A DNA stretch of 64,000 nucleotides from Dicyema japonicum (Eukaryota; Animalia; Dicyemida), in assembly GCA_011109175.1 (NCBI GenBank), contig RDEW01000015.1:204310-268309 (forward strand). Reading direction: 5' to 3'. This document shows, in pieces, positions 38,401-51,120 of this stretch. Made by a program: the position numbers and the translations under genes. How positions within the stretch are numbered: position 1 is the first letter of the stretch; the number at the start of each line of letters is the position of its first letter. The notes below the pieces were generated by a model. It did no database searches and had not been told where the DNA came from. It worked only from the letters and a program-made list of their open reading frames with translations.

Positions 38401-39909
38401 TTTTGACAAATCGGAGAGCCACTCTCTAAAAGTATTACAGAATTAACAAACTCATCTACAACTGTGTCAAACTTGAGTTTGTAATGGTCCATTCTTTCGA
38501 TGAAGAAATACTTTTCAGACATTTGTTGTTGGTCCGACTCGTGTTGAGGCAGTCTTTTTGGAGACAAGTTGCTCTTCTCAGACATTTCAGAGGCACCCTC
38601 GGAATCCTTGAAATCGTCCGAATCGTAAGAAAACTGCTCAAGCTGTATCCTCGCAAACTGATCGTCAAAAGAATCATTCATTGGGTAAATCGTCTCCCTC
38701 CCGAGATAGAGTTGATAATCTCTCTGAACGCTCACAACTAAAATACCTTCCTGAGAAGGGAAATGAGCATTTCAAGACGTCCAGGATTAATCGTCCCATC
38801 AACCCCTACAATGTAGTCTACAGTCAGTCACAATGAGTACCGTCCAACAGGGGAAGAACTTCCTTGTATGCCTCCCAAATCTGGTCAGAGAGGGACTTAA
38901 AGTCCAGGTTGAAATAAGGGAGATGGGGAATAAAGTCATTCCCTACAAAGAAGGTGAGGAGCACAAAATCGTCAAAAAATCTGTTCATGACATAGTCAAA
39001 CTTCATGTTATCCTACAATCAAAGCAAAACAAACGATGGCTTCCTTAAAGTCCTGTTCAATCAATTCAATAAGTAGGGGAAGGTAAATCACAACGAAATC
39101 ATTCAAAACTGGGTCACATTTACTGTAAAATTCAGCAGTTATGGTACATGTTTCTGCTGTCCTCCCTCAGCCATATAAAGTTATACTCGTGGGAAATCAT
39201 CATGAGGAGAATCTAATATCAGACTCATCACTACCAAATCGCTATCTAGTCCACATAGACAGTGACGGAGGTTTGGATTATAATCTTTACTATTTTGATG
39301 TTGACGGATAAATGACATTATTTTGTGTTCTCCTTCGTCAGGGGTTAGACGTCCAGAGAAATAAACTTCGAGATGCGACCAGTTGGGGTCACTTTGTAGT
39401 TTATTGAGGACAAACTGCCTCAACTCTATCTCTAGTTGGTGCATAAATTCAGTCCCTGGCATTCACGGAATAACGGAAAACCTGGGGAAATGGAGTTTGA
39501 ATCGAATATGTCTAAGGGGTCGTCATGATGTCTAAAAGTTTTTCAAAAGAGAACATATGTCTTCGACTTCTTTGTTGGGACATTTTAGCCCTAGGACAGA
39601 CTCCGTCAATGGCCAGAAACAAAACATTCCGTGGTTTCACAAGATCAACGAGATGCTTACAATAAATAAACCCCTTCAACCTCCAAGTAGACTCCAATCC
39701 GAAGACAAATATTCTCTGTCGTAGGCGTGTAGATGTTACCCCTTTCATAATTGGGGACACAGTTGTGAATAACACTGTTCATGTCAACATAGCAGTTGTC
39801 GACGGGTCCGAACTTAAATTAATATATAGACTACATCATGTTTTCTTGCATCCTTCATAATATTCCTATAGCGATTTCTGAGAAACCATAATAGTTTAGG
39901 GACACCCAT
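35446..39909 (-). CDS. XRN1: 5'-3' exoribonuclease 1
   Basis: [64 protein letters not shown]...[13 protein letters not shown]...YY....PSY.WFYP..YAP, and the XRN1-type distal DR..V....[10 protein letters not shown]. Acidic catalytic residues retained; last exons inferred. Confidence 0.93.
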
Positions 39910-40084
39910 TAACGCAAATGAGATTGATTATTATTTATTTAAATTTTTATAACTTTTTATATATAATTTATTTTCCGGTCAAATTTATGCTTTCTGATAA
40001 CTCATCATCATAATTTCCGAAAACTTATTAATACTATTCCATGAAAATTGTAAAACTAACATTGACCAATGGAGATCTTTCTAC

Positions 40085-40415
40085 TAGCTGCGTGGTGCTA
40101 ACGTTAGCGTGGTTCCATTTGGCTATTGAAGATTTTTGTTTGTTTCTTCTGTTCCTCTTCTTCCTTTTTCGAATGAGTGGCGTCATATGATCCAACTATC
40201 TCAGGTGACGTGAAGTGCCAGGTTGGCATGTAAAAGGATTATTTTCTCTCCCCCACTACACCGGAGGGGTTCCCAAAATTGTAAGGAATGTATGTCTTTC
40301 ACCTTTTATGCTGTTTCTGGATGAACTTTCTGTGACTCTGTTTCTGTGACAGTGGAAACTGGATACAATTAATTAGTTGTTGACTTTTTTCTCGACGTAT
40401 CCGGGGTTAATAATG
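40085..40415 (+). mobile_element. SINE family B, near full length
   Basis: Reverse-complement homologue of 24340-24665 along its length, ending GTATCCGGGGTTAATAAT. Confidence 0.88.
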
Positions 40416-40494
40416 AAGACAAATTTGTTGAAAAAAACCATCGGAGGATTATAAGCTCACTCCAATCGCTTAAACGAATAATTAGACACAACTT

Positions 40495-42100
40495 TATTAT
40501 TATTATTGAACCAGAAAACCATTGTCATATCCAAAATAAACAAAATTCAGGTGATCCCAGCCTCCCTCAACCGTCTTCACATTTTTTCTCGGTGTTCCGA
40601 CTGCGTTCCTGCTTATTTCCGATATGGGAGGGGTCTGCATACTCGAGTCCTTAGAAGGGGCACTGTTCTAGTCGCCTTTATCATATTTTCAAGGTTTCAA
40701 TTTCCACAGGGGAAGATTTCCTTAGTAAATAGATGCCTTCACTTGAATTTTGCAGATTTTGTCCAAATTCGTTGCAGCAAGGTTAGATCCCCAAACATTA
40801 CATGTGCATCCTATTGTAGACTCGATGAACTGTTTGTATATGACATCCAATCCACTCAGATTTGTATTGTCGCTTAGGTTTCCCAAGAACGCCTTCAAAA
40901 AGTTGATTTTCTTCGTACAAGTCAATAACATATTTTCGACTTGTTTTGTAAAAATTAAGATTTCAAAGGTAACTCCTAGGATTTTGTTGAATTTGTTTTG
41001 CGGTATATTCTTCCCATCCAGTGTGACGTCAATTGATTCTTTCCCTAGTCTTCTGTTTGTCGTGAATAGGGTCAACACCAACTTCTCCGAGCTAGGAGTC
41101 AATTGATTTTCCAAAGCCATAAACTTAGTTTATTCAGATTGTCCTGTAATCTTCTAGTTGCTTCGATAATACTCACATCCCTCGAAGCAATGACTATATC
41201 ATCCGCATATATGTCATCGTCCCCCTGTGGGAGTGGCAAGTCATTCATCATAAGGTTAAACAAGAGGGGAGATAATGGGGAGCCCTGGGGAACGCCATTT
41301 GCTAATAGTCTCGATACGGAACATCGATTGCCATAGTGTACTCGTCCTCGTCGACCACTCAAGAAATTTCCCAACCATAATTTCAGGTTTTCGTCAATAT
41401 TGGACAAATATATTTTGTGTGTGATTATCTTCCTCGAAACAGAGTCAAAAGCCTTCTGGATATCAATTGAGCATACAATCGTCTTTTTTCTGTCCTGGTC
41501 TTTTGTTAAGGTTATCTGTTATGAACTCTTTAATGTATTTAGGTGTGTGATTGTCCCTGTTTGAAACCATGCTGAAATCTGGCATCTGGGAGGGAATGTC
41601 GTGTGAGTGTCATAACCATCCTTTCTAGGATTCTTGTCTGGACGCACAAGAGCGACAAAGGCCTGTAAGAAGCAGGGTCTTCCCTTGGTTCCCCAACCTT
41701 CAGTATTAATGAATATTCGAAAGTTTCCATATATTGGGAATACAGTTGAAGTTGATTGAGTAGCTGAAGATGCATGTTAGTGCTGATACGCCCACTGTGC
41801 TCATTTTTTTCAACAGAATAACCGGGATCCCGTCCGGTCCACAGAATGTGTGTTCTTTGTTCGATCTCCAGTAGAACAAATGACATCTCCCAGTAGAACA
41901 AACGTTGTTGGATGTCTCCTTTTCGGTTTCGGTTTTTTGTGTGGAGGAACACCCATCCTTTGGAATAGTTTGTGGCTTATTCTCACACAATATTTGATAA
42001 ATTTATTCAGATCCATCTCCTATTCACGGTCTCTCTCGATTTTGTTTCAGCGTTTTTGACATTCCGCAGCATCCTCCACATATTGGTAAGGGATCTATTT
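40495..42100 (-). mobile_element. Jockey/I-like LINE, RT and 3' end
   Basis: CGPDGIP, DPASYRPLSLL, FQHGFK, SIDIQKAFDSV, GVPQGSPLSPLLFN, YADD, KILGVTF, C-terminal EAGIT*, (TAA)n tail. Confidence 0.92.
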
Positions 42101-42619
42101 TTTTCATAGCACTAGAAATGACTATGAGTTTATAAAAATTTTGCACTATACTCTTTATCGCAAATAAAATATTGACTAACTCTGCTCTAGGAATGGTTAT
42201 GAAATGGGAACAAATTCACTGCAGGAACACGGTTAACATGTTTGGTTCACGCTTGACCCCATGACTTTAGGATAATATTTGGACAATGTGAAGTTTACAG
42301 GAAGTGCTTGGGATCCCGTGAGAAATACCGAGCGAAGATAAGTGAGAGTGGCCGGGATACCTATTGGCCGCGTTTTTTTCTCTTGCTTAATTTAATGGTA
42401 ATTCTCGGTCTTTAAATAAAATATAAATTAGAGCAATCTGTATCCTTCTTTGTATTCCAAATACTTTCGTGTGGTAGTCTACTTATTTACTATTGATACT
42501 TGGTCATCTGGGAAACTGAGATCACTTGGTTTTCAAAAAATTGATTTCAAAGAACCATTATAACCAAATGCGATTAATTTTAACCTTACCTTAATATAAA
42601 GATCATTGTGACCTCACTA

Positions 42620-42890
42620 TATTATTAATAAGCCAATATTACCAGGTAAACACAAATTAAAGGATCAGGTGATCCCGGCTTCTTTTACCAATATTCTCAT
42701 CTTTTCCAGTTGTTTCTCTCGGAAATCGATACATTTTCGATAACAACGTTCTTCTGACGTCCTCACAAGGACCTCAAATAGGGTTTGCCTTATTGGTAGT
42801 CCTGTGATTCGATAGATTATTTTGGTCATGAGCGGAGTTGATCTTATCCATGTTTGTTCTGGCAAGTTTTGTTCCCCAAGCTGCACATCA
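42620..42890 (-). mobile_element. Jockey/I-like LINE 3' end
   Basis: ..YRKCIDFREKQLEKMRILVKEAGIT* plus AT tail. Confidence 0.7.
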
Positions 42891-42939
42891 ATAATTTATA
42901 GTTGGTCCCATGAATTGGGTTTAAAACGTGGATAGTGAC

Positions 42940-43490
42940 CGGTATTCCTAATTATCCTCTCCGTCAACCTCGACCATGATCTAGTTTTCTTAGGTAGTCC
43001 AGATCGTCCGCCGAAGTTAGTCTCATATTAACCGCCGATAGGTCTTCGTTCAAGAAAGTCGGAAGTGTCGTTCTTGGTCTTCCGCGAAATCCGTCTCCTG
43101 TGTGTGCAAAGTAGTTGACCATTGCAAAATTTGAGGGGACCTGGTAATTTAGACGTCTTGATTGAAAATAGCATCTGACAGCACGCCGTATATGCATTTA
43201 TTATAAAGGTTTGCATCAGAGATCTTCATAGGCCAGTTAATCTTGATTTTTGAGCTGAGCTCTGTGGAAGTTGTAGGTTATTACTGGGATGACAAAAGCT
43301 TTATATATTCTAAACCTGGTGTTTAGTTTTATCCTCTTCTTGTGGCTAGGTCGCATATCAGTTGGTGTTTCTTGTGAGGTTACTTAAGTCCTCTGCAATT
43401 GAAAGTTCCCAGAGTGAACGGAGAAGTCGGTAAAGAGTACGAATAAGACATAGTGCAATAGAGATATCGCCACCACCTCAACCAAAAAGA
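42940..43490 (-). mobile_element. Internally deleted RTE derivative retaining the native 5' end
   Basis: Starts TTTTTGGTTGAGGTGGTGGCG..TGCACTATGTCTT (compare 15982-16027); PFTLGTFNCRGL..ICDLA joined to RFRIYKAFVIPVITYN..FRGRPRTTLP..DDLDYLR. Confidence 0.85.
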
Positions 43491-43505
43491 AGTGCGCCTT
43501 AGTCT

Positions 43506-45305
43506 ATGGGTTTACTGGGACTTGATGTTTTATGCTCGTTTGGATACAAGAAATCAAAGAAGGGAGAACTGAAAAGGATCTCTACCCTAATTGAAGACAA
43601 AATAAAGATCGTGGAGAAAAAAATCTCAATTCATGAATCAAGAAAATCCTTTAGACGAGATAATTTTTGTTTTGAGCTGAACAAGAGGAGGTTTTATCGG
43701 AGACTCAACGATGACGTCAATAATAGTGATTGTAAAGTTACAGAAGATGAGTGCGTGTCATTTGGAAAAGATGTACGGAAAAGAATTATTCTCACAGAAA
43801 TATTGTTGGGAGGCCAATAACAGGAGCAGAGGAGTTACCGTTAGATATGACAGTTGAGTTCGTTAAGAACATTATTCACTATACGCCGAATTGTAAGAGC
43901 TCTGGCTGTGATGGAGTATATGGATTTTTTGTCAAGAAATTTGATTCTCTTTATAGTTATCTGAGTGGAGAGATTATCAAGATAGTGGTGAATATTGCCT
44001 GGGAATACGTACCTCATACCGAAAAAAGACTGCTGTTCTCCGAATGACTTACAACCAATTACGCCTATATTGTACAAACTTGTCACAAAATGTGTACAAA
44101 ACTTACGGATTATATTGAAGAGTTCAATCTTATCTGCCAAGGTGCAAAGGAGCAGGCTTTAATAAATCAGTGTGTTAATGCTGAACATGGAAATAGCTTA
44201 TTCACAACATGGATCGATGTGAAGAAGGCTTTCGATTCTGTCAATCATGAATTTTTGTGTCGGGTTCTTGATAGCTCTGGAGTTCCTGAATGGATTGTGA
44301 AGTTTATCAAGAATCTAATAAGCAAGTGGAATGTTATTTTGAACCTTAACAAAAAAAGAATTGGAAAGGTCAAACTCGGGAGAGGAATCTTGCAAGGAGA
44401 CTCACTCTCTCCCCAGCTGTTTACTCTGGTAATGGACCCACTAAGCCGAATATTAAATATAAAATTCCCGAAGATATGTATTGATCAGAGTGATCCGTCT
44501 ATTGTGACATATGCGACTAACCATTTTCTTTTTATTGACGACTTGAAAATAATTGCCGAATATGAAGATACTATTCTAAAAATGATGGAGGATATTGATG
44601 AATATCTGGGTGTTGTTGGCCTTAAAAGAAACTGTGAAAAGTCTGCAACTAATCTGAAATGTGCCAAAGATACAAGTTATCTGGATGGTTGTGAGGGATA
44701 TCGCTATCTTGGAGTGCTAGAAGATAAAGGGAGTAAGGTTATGAAAGACAAAGTTATGGAAAAAAATTGCTGAAAATGTGAAGAAAAGAATAGAGATGCT
44801 GGTAAATTCGAAATTAAACTTGTTTATAGCGATAAATGAATACGCACTATGGCTATATAATTATTATATTGGGCTTATCGACATTGAACCACGTTAATTC
44901 GAAGCTATTGATTTAGAAATCCGGCGTAAACTCTCTAAATTACGAGTTCACTTAAAACCTGCTAACAAAGAAAAATTATATCTCAGCAGGAAAAGTTTTG
45001 GAAGAAGATTAACCTCAATTTCTGATAAGAGTGAATGCATATTATTTCAATTTTTGACCGACCTTGAAAGGAAATCTTCCATGTGTCTTCGAAGGGCAGG
45101 AATCTAGCGGGTCTTAAAACAAAGGAAAACACATATGACCACTATCGCAAGATTTATTGCACTCAAATACAATGTGGATGACCTATCTAACTTGAATATC
45201 AAAAGAAGAATTAATTGAAGAGGGTAAAGACGCATACAGTCGAATCGATTGTGTCAAACAGTAAAGTTGAAATACGAGTCGATACAACACTACAAACGGA
45301 TATAT
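43506..45305 (+). mobile_element. RLE-type (R2-group) LINE, RT region
   Basis: FE.NKRRFYR, SGCDGVYGFF.K, QGAKEQALIN, WIDVKKAFDSVNH, GILQGDSLSPQLF, FIDDLKI, YRYLG, LYLSR...GR.L. Confidence 0.9.
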
Positions 45306-46095
45306 AGTACCGGTCAATGAAAATTGCTCATCAATATTTTCATGCTTTTTATTTGAAAATTAATAAAATTAAAATTTTTGAGCTTATTTTTAGTCTAATT
45401 TATTAATTTTATTTTTTTAAATTAAATATTCGCTTTATTTAACGAATTTAAAGCAAAATTAAAAATTACTCCTACAAAATAAATTGCTCAAATTAGAAAT
45501 TAACTAAAGAATCCATATTTAATACGGTATATGTACTCCTTTAGTTTTTCTTTCATTGACATGACACATTTTTCACAAAAATTTAGTGGAATTGATTCCC
45601 ATATTTCTTTGAGCTATATTTTTAGCTATGATATATTTTTGGGTGATTTTTACCTAATCGATTCTTCATGAAGGCCCATACATGCTCTATGGAGTTAAGA
45701 TATGGTGATTGTGACGGTCAATCGAGAATTTGATATTTTTCTCTTTCAAAAAATTCTTTGATCATTCGAGGTGTATGGCATGGAGCGTTGTCTTGCTGAA
45801 AAATAATAGATTTTAGGCCCATTTTTGCAGATTGTTGCAGATTATTGGCTAATAAATTAAAAAACATGCACATTCATATTTTGATCTACAAAAACAATAT
45901 TGCCGACACCGGTATATGATATACGCCCCCAAATCATAACTCTGCCTCCTCCAAACTTTACAGTGGGAAGTAAATTGACATTTTGAAAGGCTGTATTTTT
46001 TCTATAAATAAGTTTATGTTTCTTATTAGAAAAAACATTGAAAACTGATTCATCGGAAAATATTACCGATTTCCATGTCTCATTTCAGTGTTTGA
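45306..46095 (-). mobile_element. Tc1/mariner-like transposon fragment
   Basis: WKSVIFSDES.F, PTVKFGGG.VMIWG, FQQDNAPCH, PSQSP.LNSIEHVW; putative terminus after TATATA at ~45306. Confidence 0.88.
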
Positions 46096-46099
46096 AATG

Positions 46100-46900
46100 C
46101 ACAAAAGTGAATATTGCTAAATTTTCTGGATGGCTAGTGATGGAAATCACTCCCATATAACCGAGGGAATGCTATGTCTACTTCATGATCGTAACATGTT
46201 CTTTGATAACGGAGAAACTAAGTGCGGACATTGTAACGCAGGTCGATCACCTTGCAACTAGGTGTGGGAGAATGCTGAATAGCTCATATCTAAGGCGGCA
46301 CAATGAAGTGATCAGATGTTTATACCTACATCTCTGCCGTCAGTATGGAATAAGAAAAACTAAGAAACTGAAGACCCATTCAGTACAATCTGTTGTCGCA
46401 AATGAATTTGTTGAGATTCTTGTAGATACGACGATCAGTACGGATACCGCTGTTACGAATAACAAACCCGACATTTTCGTTTATGATAAGAAAAAATACA
46501 ATTATCTTGTTGAAATTGGGATCAATCGCAAAACTGCCTCAAGCAGGTCGAGGTAGATAAGTTCCACAAGTATGACCTACTGGCAAACGAACTTGAGATT
46601 ATCAATCGCGCAAAGGTGAAAATAATCCCTGTGGTCATCACTTGGGATGAAATTGTCTCCAGATTTTTCAAAGACCACCTGGATGCCCTCAAGGTGGAGG
46701 AGTGGGTCAAAGCTTATATTCAGACGCTAGTGTTACGGAAGACTTTGGAGAGTATGGAAGCTGAAGAAAGCCATGGAGTACCGATGCCTGTTGATGAGGA
46801 AGACGGCATGGAATGTCAACCTAGGGTAGTCTCTGAATGTGGGGTATGCAGCGACGTGAACACGCTTATAAAGGCAATAGGGCCTCAAGAAGAGAAGATT
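46100..46900 (+). mobile_element. RLE-type LINE 3' fragment
   Basis: VDHLATRCGRML..YLRRHNEV, NKPDI, KYDLLA.EL, IIPVV.TWD. Confidence 0.87.
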
Positions 46901-46904
46901 GAGT

Positions 46905-47070
46905 TAGACTGCCGTTATAAAATAATTACTTTTACTTATTGTTTGATTAATAATTAAATTTGTTATATTTTTTTGTAGTTAAACAATAAAAACACAAAAT
47001 AATTTAAAAAATAAAAAAATAATAAAATTGTCCTATTTTTGTCTTAAAATTTCCTATTATTTCCGCCCTA
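46905..47070 (+). mobile_element. Probable terminus of a hAT-like element
   Basis: AT-rich subterminal sequence with repeated TCCTAT, ending CCGCCCTA like 7766-7772. Confidence 0.45.
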
Positions 47071-48544
47071 CTTATAACCTTAGTATCCCTATTCATTAGG
47101 ACTACTTAGAAATGATGCTATGTATTTCCGTATATCCCGGTTGCTTCATTCAAGAAAACACAGTACAGTATTTACGTAGTTTACAAACACGGATTCTAAC
47201 AAACCTCAGGATTAGTAAACTCGGAGTGGGGGAGGAGGAAAGCTTTCGTTGATGTTGCATAACATTTATGGTCCTACTGAGTAAATTAGTAATGCTTTTC
47301 GCACTCTAAATACTAAACAGATTGTTAAATTAGTTGTAAAGGCTTAATTAATGAGATTGATCATTATCCCCTCTCATTTTCTTTAAATCAATTACTCTTC
47401 ACAATCTGTAAAAACTGAGGGGTCGTCCCCGTACAACCATGAGGATCCAGTTATACGCCGATAGCTGCTTATGTGGAGAGAGAATTTTTCGATATCTTAA
47501 TAACCAATCGACATATTCTCAAGAGTTTTTTTAAACAATATCAGTTTTAATTTGCTACTAAAAATCCCTGGAATTCCTGATGACATTTGCACAGTAGATT
47601 ATGTCAGTGTCACAGATTGGCTGTATCAGAAACCTTAATTATAAGCCAATGTTATCTCCAAACTCTAGGTAGTTTCCCAAGTCCCACTAACAAGTAAGAA
47701 GCAAGCTGCCTTTAGGCGCATATTCGCAATTGACAAGCGCTCCCATAAATCTCAGAAAAACAGTGGAAGGCACTGGCCTTAAAAAATTTATTCAAGATAA
47801 TATCTTGGTCAGAGTGGGTGATCGATGAGTCCTAATTGATTTGCACTTTGAAATATCCAGAGAAAATCTATGAGAGGGAGCAACTTAGTTCACTTTGTAG
47901 GGTAGTTTCTGAGTTTATCTGTGGGGGGGGGGAAGAGTCAAATAAACCGTTTACTCCAACAGACGAATCGTAAAAGCAGTGTTACAGTAGATGGCTTTAG
48001 ATCTCTTGATACTAAGTCCCTGAAAAGGAATACGACGAAAGAATCTGAAGGAGTCGGTTGATGTGTTGGTGATCCTCCATATATTAGTGGACTGAGACAA
48101 TTGACAACAAGGGTCATATTTAATTTATTTTCCTCCCAAACGATCACTGTGTTAAAATGTTCTCAGCTAACTAAGTGATCCCTGACTAGAAATAAACGTC
48201 CGATACCGGCGAGGGTAGGGATCCTGTATTGCTCGTCTCATTGAGCACTGAAACAGCCCATATTCTGGAGAGTTTTCGAAGCATCTGAAGAATATTTTTT
48301 TAGAAAGAGCTATTTAGAAGGTTGGCTACTTTTAAGACTCTGTTGGCATTCGAGTGGAGGTAGTTTAATTTGCCATTATGACCGATTATAGTGGCTTTCT
48401 GGATTGTTGGTAAATTGTGCAGTAAAGATGCATTTAAATAGGTCATTATCGGTTGGATAAAGTAACGGTAGACCGTGAAGAGGCACTCAGTGTGGCTTTC
48501 AAGAGTTTGGAAGAGCCAGAGATTTACAGACTTTTCTTCAATAA

Positions 48545-48720
48545 TGTTATTTATTTAATAACCCCAAATATACCTTAAATATACAGAAGAGGTTAAGAGT
48601 TAATTAAGATATATCCACGGTTGGGGTGAAATGCATTCAGTCCAAGCATTCCTATTATGAGAACCCCTCAATAGAGTAAAGAAAAGATAGATCCTTTTTG
48701 GATACCGGAGAGGCATGTAG
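48545..48720 (-). mobile_element. Highly diverged relative of SINE family B
   Basis: ataacccc...ttaattaag.tatatcc...gaacccctc...gatcctttttggatacc in the same order as family B. Confidence 0.5.
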
Positions 48721-48880
48721 AGAAAAGTTTTTGGATACTCTTATGATTTAATCATTAATTATTATTACAGCACTTATCGCCTTGCCATAATAGTTATAGC
48801 AAAGCATGTGCAATACAAGAAACAATGTTATTAGTTAATCATTAATGTAATATTTTTATGAATTATATCATGAATTAATA

Positions 48881-49232
48881 ATAATATAATAATTAAAGCC
48901 TTTTCACGAGAGCCATAGTATTTTATAGCTCCGCATAGGCAGGACACACACTTTATTTAAGTAAAGAAACAGTTAATTTTAACTAATCGTAGAAACCAAG
49001 GAATGATCTTCACTTTTTTTTTTTTTTTCTTGTGTGAGTGTCTTTCTAGACAAATCCAGTTCCGCAGTGAGTATTCACTGATGACGGCGTCACTCGTCAA
49101 ACCATTTCTGCATCGTAGATGCGTGGAACCTTCCACCAGGTGAACAGCAGCGAGATTCGAACCCGTAGCCTAAGCCACTTAAGCCCGACACCTAACCACT
49201 AGAGCCACCGGCTAACCACTAAGCCACCCGGC
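48881..49232 (-). mobile_element. tRNA-headed SINE, family A, complete with 15-bp TSD
   Basis: TSD TATCATGAATTAATA at 48866-48880 and 49233-49247; A box TGGCTCTAGTGG, B box GGGTTCGAATC; internal poly(A) run; AT-rich tail. Confidence 0.93.
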
Positions 49233-49284
49233 TATCATGAATTAATATTACAAAATATTAATAATTATTAAATAAATGCTTAAT

Positions 49285-49920
49285 ATGAAAAAAAAATAGA
49301 AGCAAAACAATATTTAAATCAAGTGATGGTTTTATTTTTATCATAATTTCAGGGAAATAAAATTTGCTGCATGAAAATCCCACCGACTGATAACTACGAT
49401 GTGACATACTGGATTGACTCTGAGGGTTGGCTGAGGTTTATTGGAATAATTAAGCAAGATTAAAGGATAAAAACATAATTCCCTCCATGGAAAGAAACGA
49501 AAATTTGACAAATCTGGTTAATGTTACTAAATAATCTGTATATTTTCTCAAAAATTCTTCATTTTTTCAATAATCAATATCTTGCTTTGACAATTTCTGC
49601 TACAAAATAAAATTCGATAATTTTTAAAATATTAAAGCACAGCGTGGTCTATCCTTTAGGAATTTTGTTTGTCATAGTAATTTAAGGTAGGTAAGAAAGG
49701 CAAATGATATCAAAGTATAAATTAAGATATTCCTTTAAAACAGCACAAATGGGGAGTTTGTAGGCACTCGCGTTGGAGATTAGTTATTCTTAGGGCAATG
49801 TTTTGGAAGGGAAAATGCGTGGTAATTATTTAGAAAATATAATTTCCAAAGTATAATTTCGAATTAAAAGCCTAACAATTAAAATTCTCAAGCAATAAAT
49901 AGATGGTAATTGATTGATAG
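49285..49920 (+). CDS. Possible small unidentified gene with tiny introns
   Basis: GT-AG-bounded open segments (GNKICCMKIPPTDNYDVTYWIDSE; RLKDKNIIPSMERNENLTNL); no recognisable domain. Confidence 0.25.
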
Positions 49921-50374
49921 ACTAATTGAACTTGAATGGATAATTATTAATAATCACAGAGACAACTAAGCTTTCTTAAGACTATTTATGAGTGATAACT
50001 GTAATATTATTAAATGACCACTATTCAATTGTCATTCTTACATAAAATGATCTCATCAATTAACAAGGTGATTAATTGGTCTGAAGGTTAAGGTGGTGAC
50101 GTAATTTAATGCATGAAATATCTACTTATGATGGAAGTCCTCGTCTTTCTTATTCTCGTAAGCATGGAAGAGACGAAAGGTTCAAGAAACATAGGAAACC
50201 CTCTGAACAAAGTTCTAATCTCTCCAGTCTAAAATTGAAAGAACTTGGGAAAATATTGATAACTCAATAAAGTATAGGACTATTAATAGTAATTAATATA
50301 AATAATATTTAATCCATAATTAATTAGACCATTAATCGGAAACTTAAAAAGGAAAGAAAAGAGAGTAAACGGTT

Positions 50375-50610
50375 ATATAGCGGCTGCTCTGACTGCGTGG
50401 CTATTTCCTCAGGATTGGCGAGGGAGATTCGCACAAATAACCAGCAACGCTCACGAGGGTCTCCTGTTCGTATAGCGAACATTAATTGTAAAAACATAAG
50501 TGCAAACATGTCCAAACAGATGACCTCCCTTGGGTTCCATCCTTGGATTAATTAGTTATGACTGTTTGTGTTGGGCATACCAAGGATTGTAAGCCTGGGG
50601 TTAATAATTA
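50375..50610 (+). mobile_element. SINE-like element sharing the family C 3' module and the family B terminus
   Basis: 50515-50570 matches the reverse complement of 32775-32828; ends GGGGTTAATAAT. Confidence 0.6.
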
Positions 50611-50679
50611 TAAAAATGTTCAAAACAAATCTAAAGAAGATCTATGACTTTCAAACTACAGCTATGAGGACGCTACAAA

Positions 50680-51120
50680 GATCAGCTGTTTAGACCAACT
50701 CCATTCGAAGCTTTTTAAAAGAATGGGAGCTCAAATGATATCTCCAAAGTTTCCACAAGTAACATGAGCGTACATGAACTGTGTCGGATCCCGTGATGAA
50801 CACCGAGTAAAATTGATATGGCTGGTTAAGGATGCCCGGATCACCCGATGGTCGTGTTTTCCCTCCTAATTTGTCGGTGATTCTTGTTTTTTAATAAATA
50901 AAAACATCACTATAAGCTGTTCCGGGATGATGTCTGTAATAAGTGCCTGACAAAATTCAAATGTTTTCCGGTTCTCGAATCTCGCTTCTATCCATTCCGG
51001 CTGTAGGTCCACGCGTTTAGGAGGTTTCTTAGCTTGACTAGCGATGCCGTCATCATTGAACCTCACTGCAAAGAATAAAGAGGTTAATAACATGCCTAGG
51101 GCCCCTCCAACGATTAGTTA
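50680..51120 (-). CDS. Possible unidentified gene fragment
   Basis: Open exon-like segment (RFNDDGIASQAKKPPKRVDLQPEWIEARFENRKTFEFCQALITDIIPEQ) bounded by AG/GT; product unknown. Confidence 0.25.

Noticed and set aside
40506-41336. Long plus-strand ORFs in the ORF track (also 58624-58929, 62416-63582)
   Set aside because: Antisense shadows of minus-strand LINE ORFs with no recognisable domains.
49140-49232. Functional tRNA gene (also 31760-31832)
   Set aside because: A and B boxes are present, but there is no proper acceptor or anticodon stem; the 49-kb copy is embedded in a TSD-flanked repeat, so these are SINE heads.
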